From Pseudomonadota bacterium (GTDB taxonomy: Bacteria > Pseudomonadota > Gammaproteobacteria > Nevskiales > Nevskiaceae), in the NCBI GenBank assembly GCA_040754295.1, contig JBFMCQ010000003.1, positions 19,381 through 83,380 on the forward strand: 64,000 nt of DNA. Reading direction: 5' to 3'. Of this stretch, positions 41,146 through 48,843 are shown in pieces; within the stretch, counting starts at the first letter, position 1; the number at the start of each line of letters is the position of its first letter. The notes under the pieces were generated by a model. The model worked only from the letters and a program-made list of their open reading frames with translations, did no database searches and was not told the origin of the DNA. The position numbers and the translations under genes were made by a program.

Positions 41146-41916
41146 TCAGCCGGCGGGTGCGCGCGCCTGCTGGATCAGCTCGTAGGCGCCGACGATCTCG
41201 CGCGTCTTCTCCTCAGCCAGCGCGCGCATGCTCTCCGGCAAGCCCTTGGCGGCGAGCTTGTCGGGATGATGCTGGCTCATCAGCCGCCGATACGCGGTCT
41301 TGACTTCGGCGTCGCTCGCCGAAGCATCGACGCCGAGCACGCGATACGCTTCTTCGACCCTGCGCTGCGGCGATGCACCGGCGCCGCGCGTGCCCAGGCG
41401 CAGCATCGCCTCGATCCGTTCGACGTCCGCAGCTGACAGCCCCAGTCCACGCGCGACGCGCACGAGCATATCGTGCTCGGCCGGATGCACGCTGCCGTCC
41501 GCGGACAGCGCGGTCAGCTGGATCTGCAGAAACATCTGATGCAGCAGGCGCTGCCCGCGGCTGAGCTGCGCAAAGCGCGTCACCTCGGCGTCGAGATCGA
41601 AGCCCGGTGCCTTGCCGCGGTTGAATGCGGCCTGCGCCGTGGCGCGTGCCTGCGTCGAGAGGCGCAGGCGCTCGAACAGCGCCTCGGCGGCGCGGATCTC
41701 GTCCTGCGTCACCCGGCCGTCGGCCTTGCAGATCGCACCCATCACCGCGAACGTCGATTCGAGGAACTGGGCCTGTACGCGACCGACGTGACCGACGATC
41801 AGCGAGCCGCGCAGGATCTGTCCGGCGAAGTAACCGAGCAGGGCGCCGACGATGAGGCCGGGCCAGCGGCCGATCGCATAACCGATCACCGCGCCGATAA
41901 TCATTGCGAGATTCAT
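41146..41916 (-). CDS. djlA: Co-chaperone DjlA (membrane-anchored J-domain protein)
   Basis: The 256-aa ORF has an N-terminal TM helix (MNLAMIIGAVIGYAIGRWPGLIVGALLGYFAG), a central TerB-like region and a C-terminal J domain (AYRVLGVDASASDAEVKTAYRRLMSQHHPDK). Confidence 0.85.
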   Translation of the reverse strand: MNLAMIIGAVIGYAIGRWPGLIVGALLGYFAGQILRGSLIVGHVGRVQAQFLESTFAVMGAICKADGRVTQDEIRAAEALFERLRLSTQARATAQAAFNRGKAPGFDLDAEVTRFAQLSRGQRLLHQMFLQIQLTALSADGSVHPAEHDMLVRVARGLGLSAADVERIEAMLRLGTRGAGASPQRRVEEAYRVLGVDASASDAEVKTAYRRLMSQHHPDKLAAKGLPESMRALAEEKTREIVGAYELIQQARAPAG

Positions 41917-42100
41917 GCGTCGATTTTAACGGCGATCGGCGGCGCCCCGGTGACGCCCGGTGCCATTCTCGTGTATCGCCACGGGTCGGGTCGTGCGTCG
42001 CAGCCGGACGAGCTGCTGCGCTTCGCCTTGCGGGCTTCGCGTCGGGACTGAGCAGCGCCGCTGATGGCGCTCGACGTCGCGCAGTTCTGAGCGTGCGCTA

Positions 42101-42275
42101 GATGTCGATGCGCTGGCCGTGCGGCGCGCAGAGCGCAGGAGCAGCGCTGCGTCAGGCGCCGGCGGATCAGTCCTGGGGCGACCGCATCGCGATCTTCACC
42201 GATCCCGACGGCTACCACTGGACGTTCGCGACCAACATCGGCGAGTTCGACGCGAGCAGAGCGCCGCCGATGTAG
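42101..42275 (+). pseudogene. C-terminal fragment of a VOC/glyoxalase (PhnB-like) family gene
   Basis: The fragment translates as DVDALAVRR, then a frameshift, then AQSAGAALRQAPADQSWGDRIAIFTDPDGYHWTFATNI...*. This resembles the C-terminus of glyoxalase/bleomycin-resistance-fold proteins (...QFWGDRYG.L.DPFGH.W...). A stop codon lies immediately upstream and no N-terminal part is present. Confidence 0.45.
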
Positions 42276-42329
42276 CGGGCGTGTGCCAGTAACTCCACAG
42301 TATCGCCGACCGGCGCGGCGTGCGGCTAG

Positions 42330-42354
42330 TTAGCCGATCGGCTAAGTTTCTTTT
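42330..42354 (+). terminator. Perfect 16-bp palindrome followed by a T-rich tract (terminator-like)
   Basis: ttagccgatcggctaa (42330-42345) is followed by gtttctttt. It lies about 55 nt downstream of the VOC fragment stop. Confidence 0.4.
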
Positions 42355-42649
42355 GCAGCTGCAGCCGATACAGTGCGCCTACCGAAGCGTGCGGCGCCTC
42401 GCGAACCGGGAGGGCAGCGGGTTGCGCTCGAAGGCCGTCGCATTCGCCACACCGCGTCACCGGCGCGGTGAGCGACAACGCTGCCAGCCGGCAGCGTCTG
42501 CCCGGTAGCCCAGGAAGGGTGCTCCAACACGGTCGGCGGCTGCAGGTGCGTGAGGGAGGCGCTCGCTGCCACATGACCACCGGCCTGCGCAGTGGGCCAG
42601 GACAGCTCCGCGCTTCGCGCCAACACCAGGCCGACGGGAGGCAACTCGA

Positions 42650-42675
42650 GGCGAGCTTCGGCTCGCCCTGTTTTT
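42650..42675 (+). terminator. Rho-independent terminator-like hairpin with no intact upstream gene
   Basis: Stem ggcgagc / loop ttcg / stem gctcgcc, followed by ctgttttt. It lies 165 nt upstream of the DUF3450 gene start. Confidence 0.55.
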
Positions 42676-42840
42676 GCGCGCGGTTTAAGTGCTGTTTCTA
42701 CTGGGATTTGAGGGAAAACCCGGTTACTAAAGCCGTCGGCAATGGTGCTACCATCCGCGCCTTGCCCTCGCCGGCCCCGCATGTTTGCGCCGGTGCTCCC
42801 TGTTTCGAATCAATATTCCCCAGTGAAAGGAAATTCGCCC

Positions 42841-43620
42841 ATGTTCGACAGGCTGTTTCGAGCTGCAGCGCGCCAGCGTTGTGGCTGGGCTGCCGCAGGT
42901 CTGATGATCTGCGCGGTCGCTGCCGCGCAATCCACCGCGACCGTCGAGCGCGCGGTCAACGAGCAGGTCGGCGCCGAACAGGCTGCCCAGCAGACGCAGG
43001 GTCGCATCGAGCAGCTCGATGACGAGACTCGCCAGGCCGTCGCCGAATACCGGGCGGTCATCCAGGAGACCGATAGCCTGCGCCGCTACAACGAGCAGCT
43101 GCAGGCGACGCTGAAGTCCCAGATCGAAGAGATGGAGACGATGCAGCGTCAGCTCGGCGAGGTCGAGACCACCGCGCGTGAGATCGTGCCGCTGCTGCAG
43201 AAGATGCTGAAGACGCTCGAGGAGTTCGTGAAGCTCGATCTGCCGTTTCTGCCCGAGGAGCGCGCGCAGCGCATCGCCGGTCTCAAGGACATGATGACGC
43301 GCGCCGACGTCTCGATTGCCGAGAAGTTCCGCCGTATCGTCGAGGCCTACCAGATCGAGATGGAATACGGCCGCACGCTCGAAGCCTACCAGGGCAAGAT
43401 CGGCGAGCGCACCGTCGAGTTCCTGCGCGCGGGGCGCGCGTCGCTGATGTATCAGACGCTGGACGGCTCGGAGTCCGGCTACTGGGATGCCGAACGCAAG
43501 GACTGGGTCAGCGACAACGACTACGCCGACGCGGTGACCGCGGGTCTCAAGATCGCCAAGAAGCAGGCCGCACCGGATCTGCTGTTTGTCCCCGTCAGCG
43601 CGCCGAAGGAGGCGAAGTAA
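42841..43620 (+). CDS. DUF3450-domain protein (TtpB-like, first gene of a TonB2-type cluster)
   Basis: I chose the internal ATG at 42841, which has aaagga upstream. The protein has a signal peptide, a coiled-coil and the motif ...LDLPFLPEERAQRIAGLKDMMTRADVSIAEKFRRIVEAYQIEMEYGRT.... Confidence 0.85.
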   Translation: MFDRLFRAAARQRCGWAAAGLMICAVAAAQSTATVERAVNEQVGAEQAAQQTQGRIEQLDDETRQAVAEYRAVIQETDSLRRYNEQLQATLKSQIEEMETMQRQLGEVETTAREIVPLLQKMLKTLEEFVKLDLPFLPEERAQRIAGLKDMMTRADVSIAEKFRRIVEAYQIEMEYGRTLEAYQGKIGERTVEFLRAGRASLMYQTLDGSESGYWDAERKDWVSDNDYADAVTAGLKIAKKQAAPDLLFVPVSAPKEAK

Positions 43621-43621
43621 C

Positions 43622-44992
43622 ATGCTGGGCAATACTCTGACCGGCCTGCTGCGCCCCGCGGCGATCGCGCTCGCGGTGCTGCTGCCGGCGTCCGCGCTCG
43701 CCGCGTCCTCGCTCGACGAGCTGCTCGAACAGACGCGTACCGCGCGTGCGCGCGAGGCGCAGCAGAACCAGGCGCGTCTGAAGGAGTTCCAGGAGGAGCG
43801 CAATCGGCGTGCCGAGATGCTCGCCAACGCCAAGGCCGAACTCGCGCGCGAGAACGCGCGTGCCAATCAGCTGTCGACCCAGTTCGACGCGAACGAGAAG
43901 AAGCTGGTCGAGCTGCAGGCCGCGCTCGATGCGAAGCTCGGCAATCTGGGTGAAATGTTCGGCGTCGTGCGTCAGGTCGCCGGCGACTTTGCGTCGGTGG
44001 CCTACAACTCGATGATCTCGGCGCAGTATCCGGAGCGCGAGGCCTTCGCTCGCAAGCTCTCCGAGTCGAAGTCGCTGGCGTCGATCGAGGAGCTCGAGCG
44101 CTTCTGGTTCGAGATGCAGCGCGAAATGACCGAGTCCGGCCGCGTCGTCAAGTTCCAGGCGACCGTCGTCAGCCCGGAGGGCATGGCCGAGAAGCAGCCG
44201 GTCGTACGCATCGGTGGTTTCACCGCGTCGACCGACGAGGGCTTCGTCACCTATCTGCCGGGGCAGAAGGAGTTCGCGGTGCTCAGCCGCCAGCCGGCGG
44301 CGCGCTACGTGCGGCCCAACGTCAATCTGCTCGACGAAACCAGCGGCTACCACAAGGCGACGCTGGACCCGACCCGCGGGACGCTGCTCGCGGTGCTGGT
44401 GCAGACGCCCAAGCTCGGCGAGCAGATCAGGTTCGGCGGGCTGGTCGGCTACATCATCATGGTGATCGGCGCGATCGGTCTGATCATGGCCGCCGTGCGC
44501 TTCTTCGCGCTCACCGCGATCGGCTCGAAGGTGGCCCGGCAGCGCAGGGACTCCGCGAACGCGCGCGAGGACAACCCGCTCGGCCGCGTGCTCGCCGTCT
44601 ATTACAAGGATCCCAACGTCGATCCCGACACGCTGCAGCTGCGGCTCGACGAGGCCGTGCTCAAGGAGATCCCGGCACTGGAAACCTGGCTGCCGGCGAT
44701 CAAGATGATCGCGGCGGTCGGTCCGCTGATGGGCCTGCTCGGTACCGTGACCGGCATGATCCTGACCTTCCAGCAGATCACGCTGTTCGGCACCGGCGAT
44801 CCGAAGATCATGGCCGATGGCATTTCGCAGGCGCTGGTCACCACGGTGCAGGGTCTGGTCGTCGCGATTCCGATGGTGCTGATCCACGCCTATCTGGCCG
44901 GCCGCAGCAAGAACATCGTGCAGATCCTCGACGAGGAAGCCGCCGGCATCATTGCGGAGCATGCCGAGAAGCAGCATGGTCACGCCGCTTGA
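43622..44992 (+). CDS. MotA/TolQ/ExbB proton-channel family protein, long form (TtpC-like)
   Basis: The 456-aa product has a signal peptide, a coiled-coil N-terminal half and a C-terminal ExbB core (...AVGPLMGLLGTVTGMILTFQ...GISQALVTTVQGLVVAIP). Confidence 0.85.
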   Translation: MLGNTLTGLLRPAAIALAVLLPASALAASSLDELLEQTRTARAREAQQNQARLKEFQEERNRRAEMLANAKAELARENARANQLSTQFDANEKKLVELQAALDAKLGNLGEMFGVVRQVAGDFASVAYNSMISAQYPEREAFARKLSESKSLASIEELERFWFEMQREMTESGRVVKFQATVVSPEGMAEKQPVVRIGGFTASTDEGFVTYLPGQKEFAVLSRQPAARYVRPNVNLLDETSGYHKATLDPTRGTLLAVLVQTPKLGEQIRFGGLVGYIIMVIGAIGLIMAAVRFFALTAIGSKVARQRRDSANAREDNPLGRVLAVYYKDPNVDPDTLQLRLDEAVLKEIPALETWLPAIKMIAAVGPLMGLLGTVTGMILTFQQITLFGTGDPKIMADGISQALVTTVQGLVVAIPMVLIHAYLAGRSKNIVQILDEEAAGIIAEHAEKQHGHAA

Positions 44993-45500
44993 TCTGCTCG
45001 CCGATGTCCGCGATCTGCTGGAGATCGGGGGTCCGGTCGTCCGTCTGCTGCTGATCGCGGCGTTCGTGCTGTGGGTGCTGATCCTGGAGCGCTGGCTGTA
45101 CGCGCGCCGCGAGCTGCCGAGGCTGGTCGCGCGCCTGCAATCCGAATGGGACGCGCGCAGCGATCACTCGTCCTGGTATGCGCGCCAGGTCAAGCGCAAG
45201 CTTCTTTCGGAAGCCACGCGCGCGATCCGCGGCAGCCTCGGCATGATCAAGGCACTCGTCGCGCTGGCCTCGCTGATCGGCCTGCTCGGTACGGTGACCG
45301 GCATGATCCAGGTCTTCGACGTGATGGCGACGCTGGGCACCGGCAACGCACGGGCGATGGCGTCCGGCGTGTCGGCCGCGACGATCCCGACGATGGCCGG
45401 CATGGTCGTTGCGATTTCCGGTCTTTATCCGATCTTGTGGCTCGAGAGGAAGCTGGCTCAGGAGACGAGCCGCCTCAACGACCACATGATCACGCATTGA
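44976..45500 (+). CDS. exbB: MotA/TolQ/ExbB proton-channel family protein
   Basis: I chose the internal start MVTPLDLLADVRDLLE.... The ExbB core is LASLIGLLGTVTGMIQVF...GVSAATIPTMAGMVVAI. Confidence 0.85.
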   Translation: MVTPLDLLADVRDLLEIGGPVVRLLLIAAFVLWVLILERWLYARRELPRLVARLQSEWDARSDHSSWYARQVKRKLLSEATRAIRGSLGMIKALVALASLIGLLGTVTGMIQVFDVMATLGTGNARAMASGVSAATIPTMAGMVVAISGLYPILWLERKLAQETSRLNDHMITH

Positions 45501-45513
45501 GTAAGGTGTAGTC

Positions 45514-45924
45514 ATGGCCCGTAGAGCCCGAGGCAGCGACGACGACGCCCAGATCGACCTGACGCCGATGCTGGACATGTCGTTCATCCTGCTGATCTTC
45601 TTCATCGTGACGACGTCGTTCGTCAAGGAGGCCGGCATCGACGTGAACCGGCCGAGTGCGGCGACCGCCGAGCGCAAGGAGCGCGGCAACATCCTCATCG
45701 CGATCCGTTCCAACGGCGAGATCTGGATCGACAAGCGCGTCGTCGACAAGCGCGCGGTGCGCGCGACGGTGGAGCGCCTGCACGCCGAGAATCCGGAAGG
45801 CTCGGTGGTCATCATCGCCGACAAGTCGTCCGAAACCGGCACACTCGTCGAGGTGATGGACCAGGTGCGGCTGGCCGGCGTGTTCAACGTCTCGATCGCC
45901 GCCGATCAGGGCGGAGGCGGCTAA
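45514..45924 (+). CDS. exbD: ExbD/TolR-family biopolymer transport protein
   Basis: The 136-aa ORF contains IDLTPMLDMSFILLIFFIVTTSF.... Confidence 0.9.
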   Translation: MARRARGSDDDAQIDLTPMLDMSFILLIFFIVTTSFVKEAGIDVNRPSAATAERKERGNILIAIRSNGEIWIDKRVVDKRAVRATVERLHAENPEGSVVIIADKSSETGTLVEVMDQVRLAGVFNVSIAADQGGGG

Positions 45925-46550
45925 TGGCGCGTACTGCGCTCGCCGTCGTGCTGGCTGCGTTCGTCGCCTTCGCTCTGTTCTGGGTCATGCACCTGCTGAT
46001 CCTCGGCCGCGACGTCGGCCCCAGGAAGGACACCAGCGGCGCGGTGATCGACTTCGTGCGCCTCAAGCGCGAGACCGAGCTGGAGACGCGCACGCGCAGC
46101 AAGCCGGAGAAGCCGCCGCCGCCCAAGCAGCCGCCGCCGCCGCAGATGAAGATCCAGGCGCAGGCCAATCCGGACATGGCACCGACACCGTTCAACCTGC
46201 CGAATCTGAATCTGCCGACGTCGATCACCGGCGGCCCGTTCCTCGGCACCTTCGCGGCCGGCGACATCCAGGGCGACGCCGAGCTGATTCCGCTGGTGCG
46301 CATCGCGCCGCAGTATCCGCGTCAGGCGCTGCGCGACGGCATCGAGGGCGAGGTGACGCTGGAGATCACGGTCGGGCCGGACGGCACGGTGAAGTCGGCG
46401 CGCGTGAAGAGCGCGAAGCCGCGCGGTTACTTCGAGTCCTCGGCGGTTTCGGCGGCGTACAAGGGGCGCTTCCGTCCCAAGGTCGTCGACGGCCAGCCGC
46501 AGGAAACGACGGGCGTGTACACGGTCCGTTTCAAGCTGGGCGAAGGCTGA
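45924..46550 (+). CDS. tonB: Energy transducer TonB
   Basis: The 208-aa ORF has an N-terminal TM helix, a Pro-rich spacer (KPEKPPPPKQPPPPQ) and a TonB C-terminal domain (PQYPRQALRDGIEGEVTLEITVGPDGTV). Confidence 0.85.
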   Translation: MARTALAVVLAAFVAFALFWVMHLLILGRDVGPRKDTSGAVIDFVRLKRETELETRTRSKPEKPPPPKQPPPPQMKIQAQANPDMAPTPFNLPNLNLPTSITGGPFLGTFAAGDIQGDAELIPLVRIAPQYPRQALRDGIEGEVTLEITVGPDGTVKSARVKSAKPRGYFESSAVSAAYKGRFRPKVVDGQPQETTGVYTVRFKLGEG

Positions 46551-47863
46551 TGATGCGCGTGATCAAGGCAACGATGGCGGCGCTGCTGGCGGCGGGCGTG
46601 CTGTTCGCCGCACCGGCCTCGACGGTGCACGCGCAGGCCCAGAAGAAGGAGCGCAAGGCGACCGGCACGCTCTCCGAGGCGACGTATCGCCAGCTCGAGC
46701 GCATCCACGATCTGATCGGCAAGAACAAGAACGCCGAAGCGCTGGAGAAGTCACAGGCGCTGCTGGGCCGCGTCAGCAACGACTACGAGCGCGCCGTCGT
46801 TCGTCAGACGATGGCCTTCATCTACATCTCGCAGAACAACTACAAAGCCGCGATCACCGCGTTCGAGGAGGCGCTGGCGCTGGAGGCGCTGCCGCAGCAG
46901 CCCTACGAGCAGATGCTCTACAACGTCGCGCAGCTCTACTTCCAGGACGGCCAGACCGACAAGGCGATCGAGCGCATGGAGCACTACTTCCGCGAGGCGA
47001 CGACCGAGCCGCTGGCGGATGCGCACATCCTGCTCGCCAGCGCCTATGCCGATCGCAAGCGCTTCCGTGACGCGCTGCCGCAGGTCGACAAGGCCTTGCA
47101 GAAGGTCAAGGAGCCGAAGGAGTCCTGGCTGCAGCTCAAGCTCGCGCTGCATTACGAGCTCAAGCAGTTCCCGCAGTGCGCGGAAGTGCTGCTCAAGCTG
47201 ATCTCGCTGGTGCCGAGCAAGGAAGACTACTGGAAGCAGCTGTCGAGCATCCTGTTCGAGATCAAGCGCGACAAGGAGTCGCTGGCGGTGCTGGCGCTCG
47301 CCGACCGTCAGGGTTTCCTCGACACCGAAACCGAGCTGCGCAATCTCGCCAACATCTATCTGCTGCTCGATATCCCGTACAAGGCCGCGCAGATCCTCGA
47401 GCGCGGGCTCGAGCAGAAGATCCTCAAGGCCGACGAGAAGACGCTGCAGCTCACCGCCGATGCGTGGACGATGGCGCGCGAGTACGACAAGGCGGAAGTC
47501 GTGCTCAAGCGCGCCGCATCCATCTCGGGCAGCGGCGAGATCTACTACCGCCTCGGCCAGATCTATGTCGAGGACGAGCGCTGGCAGGACGCGCTCGACG
47601 TACTGAGCCGCGCGCAGAACAAGGGCATCAGGAAAATGGGCGATGCCGCGTATCTGGAAGGCGTCGCCGCGTTCCAGTCCGGCAACCGCCAGCGCGCGGT
47701 CGAGTCGCTGCGCAGGGCGCAGCGCTATGACGACAGCCGCAGCAATGCCTCGCAATGGCTCGCGCACATCGAGCAGGTCGAAGCGGCCGAAGCGCAGGCG
47801 GCGCTCGCCAGAGCCGAGGCGAAGCAGCAGGCCGAGCAAGAGGACGAAGCGGCCAAGAACTGA
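46550..47863 (+). CDS. Tetratricopeptide-repeat protein (TtpD-like), secreted
   Basis: The 437-aa ORF has a signal peptide and multiple TPR-like repeats. It sits immediately after tonB, as in TonB2-type clusters. Confidence 0.8.
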   Translation: MMRVIKATMAALLAAGVLFAAPASTVHAQAQKKERKATGTLSEATYRQLERIHDLIGKNKNAEALEKSQALLGRVSNDYERAVVRQTMAFIYISQNNYKAAITAFEEALALEALPQQPYEQMLYNVAQLYFQDGQTDKAIERMEHYFREATTEPLADAHILLASAYADRKRFRDALPQVDKALQKVKEPKESWLQLKLALHYELKQFPQCAEVLLKLISLVPSKEDYWKQLSSILFEIKRDKESLAVLALADRQGFLDTETELRNLANIYLLLDIPYKAAQILERGLEQKILKADEKTLQLTADAWTMAREYDKAEVVLKRAASISGSGEIYYRLGQIYVEDERWQDALDVLSRAQNKGIRKMGDAAYLEGVAAFQSGNRQRAVESLRRAQRYDDSRSNASQWLAHIEQVEAAEAQAALARAEAKQQAEQEDEAAKN

Positions 47864-47871
47864 TCGCACGC

Positions 47872-48762
47872 TTGGCCGCCACACGTCAGCTGCAGCTCGT
47901 CGCCGCCTTCGGCACCGTCTACCTCGTCTGGGGCTCGACCTATCTCGCGATCCGCGTCGGTGTGCACGATCTGCCGCCGGTCCTGTTCGCCGGAGTGCGC
48001 TTCCTGCTCGCCGCGCCGATCATGCTCGCCTACGCGTGGCTGCGCGGCGCGCGCCTGCCGAAGAGCCGCCGCGACTGGGCGGTGATCGCGCTCACGGCGC
48101 TGATGATGCTCGCGGGCGCAAACGGGCTGGTGACCTGGAGCGAGCAGTGGGTCGAATCGAACCAGGCGGCGCTGATCGTCGCGACCTCGGCACTGTGGAT
48201 GGCCTGGTTCGGCACCTGGGGCGATCGCGGCGAAGGGCTGTCGCGGCTCGCGGTCGCCGGGCTGCTGCTCGGCTTTTGCGGCGTGGTGCTGCTCGTCGGT
48301 GCCGGCCTGCGGCTGCAGCTCGCGCCGTGGTACGCGTATGCGGCGCTGCTCGGCTCGCCGGTGCTGTGGGCCGCCGGCTCGGTGCTGTCGCGGCGCAACC
48401 CGCTGAGCTGCTCGCCGCTGATGGCGGCGGCGCTGCAGATGCTGATCACCGGCGTGGTGATGACCGCGCTCGGCCTGGCGCTCGGCGATGCGCAGCGCTG
48501 GAACCCGACGCCGGCCGCGCTCTCGGCACTGGTCTACCTCACCGTCTTCGGCTCGTGCATCGCCTATGGCGCCTACTACTGGCTCGTGCACGAAGTCTCG
48601 CCGGCGCAGCTCGGCACCTATGCCTACATCAACCCGGCGATCGCGGTGCTGCTCGGCTGGTGGCTGCTCGACGAGGTGATGCAGTTGCCGCAGATCCTCG
48701 GCACGCTCGTCGTCCTCGCAGGCGTGGCGCTGGTGACCGTTGCCGCGCGGCGCATCCGCTGA
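47872..48762 (+). CDS. EamA/DMT-family transporter
   Basis: The sequence ...LVAAFGTVYLVWGSTYLAIRVGV... and about 10 TM helices support the call. The start is uncertain. The track ATG at 47755 lies inside the TPR gene, so I propose the in-frame TTG at 47872. Confidence 0.7.
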   Translation: MAATRQLQLVAAFGTVYLVWGSTYLAIRVGVHDLPPVLFAGVRFLLAAPIMLAYAWLRGARLPKSRRDWAVIALTALMMLAGANGLVTWSEQWVESNQAALIVATSALWMAWFGTWGDRGEGLSRLAVAGLLLGFCGVVLLVGAGLRLQLAPWYAYAALLGSPVLWAAGSVLSRRNPLSCSPLMAAALQMLITGVVMTALGLALGDAQRWNPTPAALSALVYLTVFGSCIAYGAYYWLVHEVSPAQLGTYAYINPAIAVLLGWWLLDEVMQLPQILGTLVVLAGVALVTVAARRIR

Positions 48763-48843
48763 GTGGGCTGGATATTCACTGCCGTGAACCCTGGCGGTTT
48801 CGCAACACGCACGCTGAACGACGCATTGTTAAGCTCACCGCCC

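Noticed and set aside
42480-42620. Possible cobalamin riboswitch in the leader of the TonB cluster (gccacatg / cgcagtggg)
   Set aside because: There is no proper B12 box (GCCACTG in context) and none of the conserved GGTG/AGGGAA core elements could be aligned by eye.
42326-42782. Minus-strand ORFs of 84 and 146 aa, possibly an AraC-type regulator
   Set aside because: The resemblance to an AraC HTH (…RCGE.D……YR) is weak and needs several frame switches. I did not annotate it as a feature and only mention it as possible debris.
42780-42840. Possible Fur box (tcgaatcaatattcc) upstream of the TonB2-type cluster
   Set aside because: A hand alignment to the 19-bp Fur consensus gives a poor match. 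The evidence is too weak to call.
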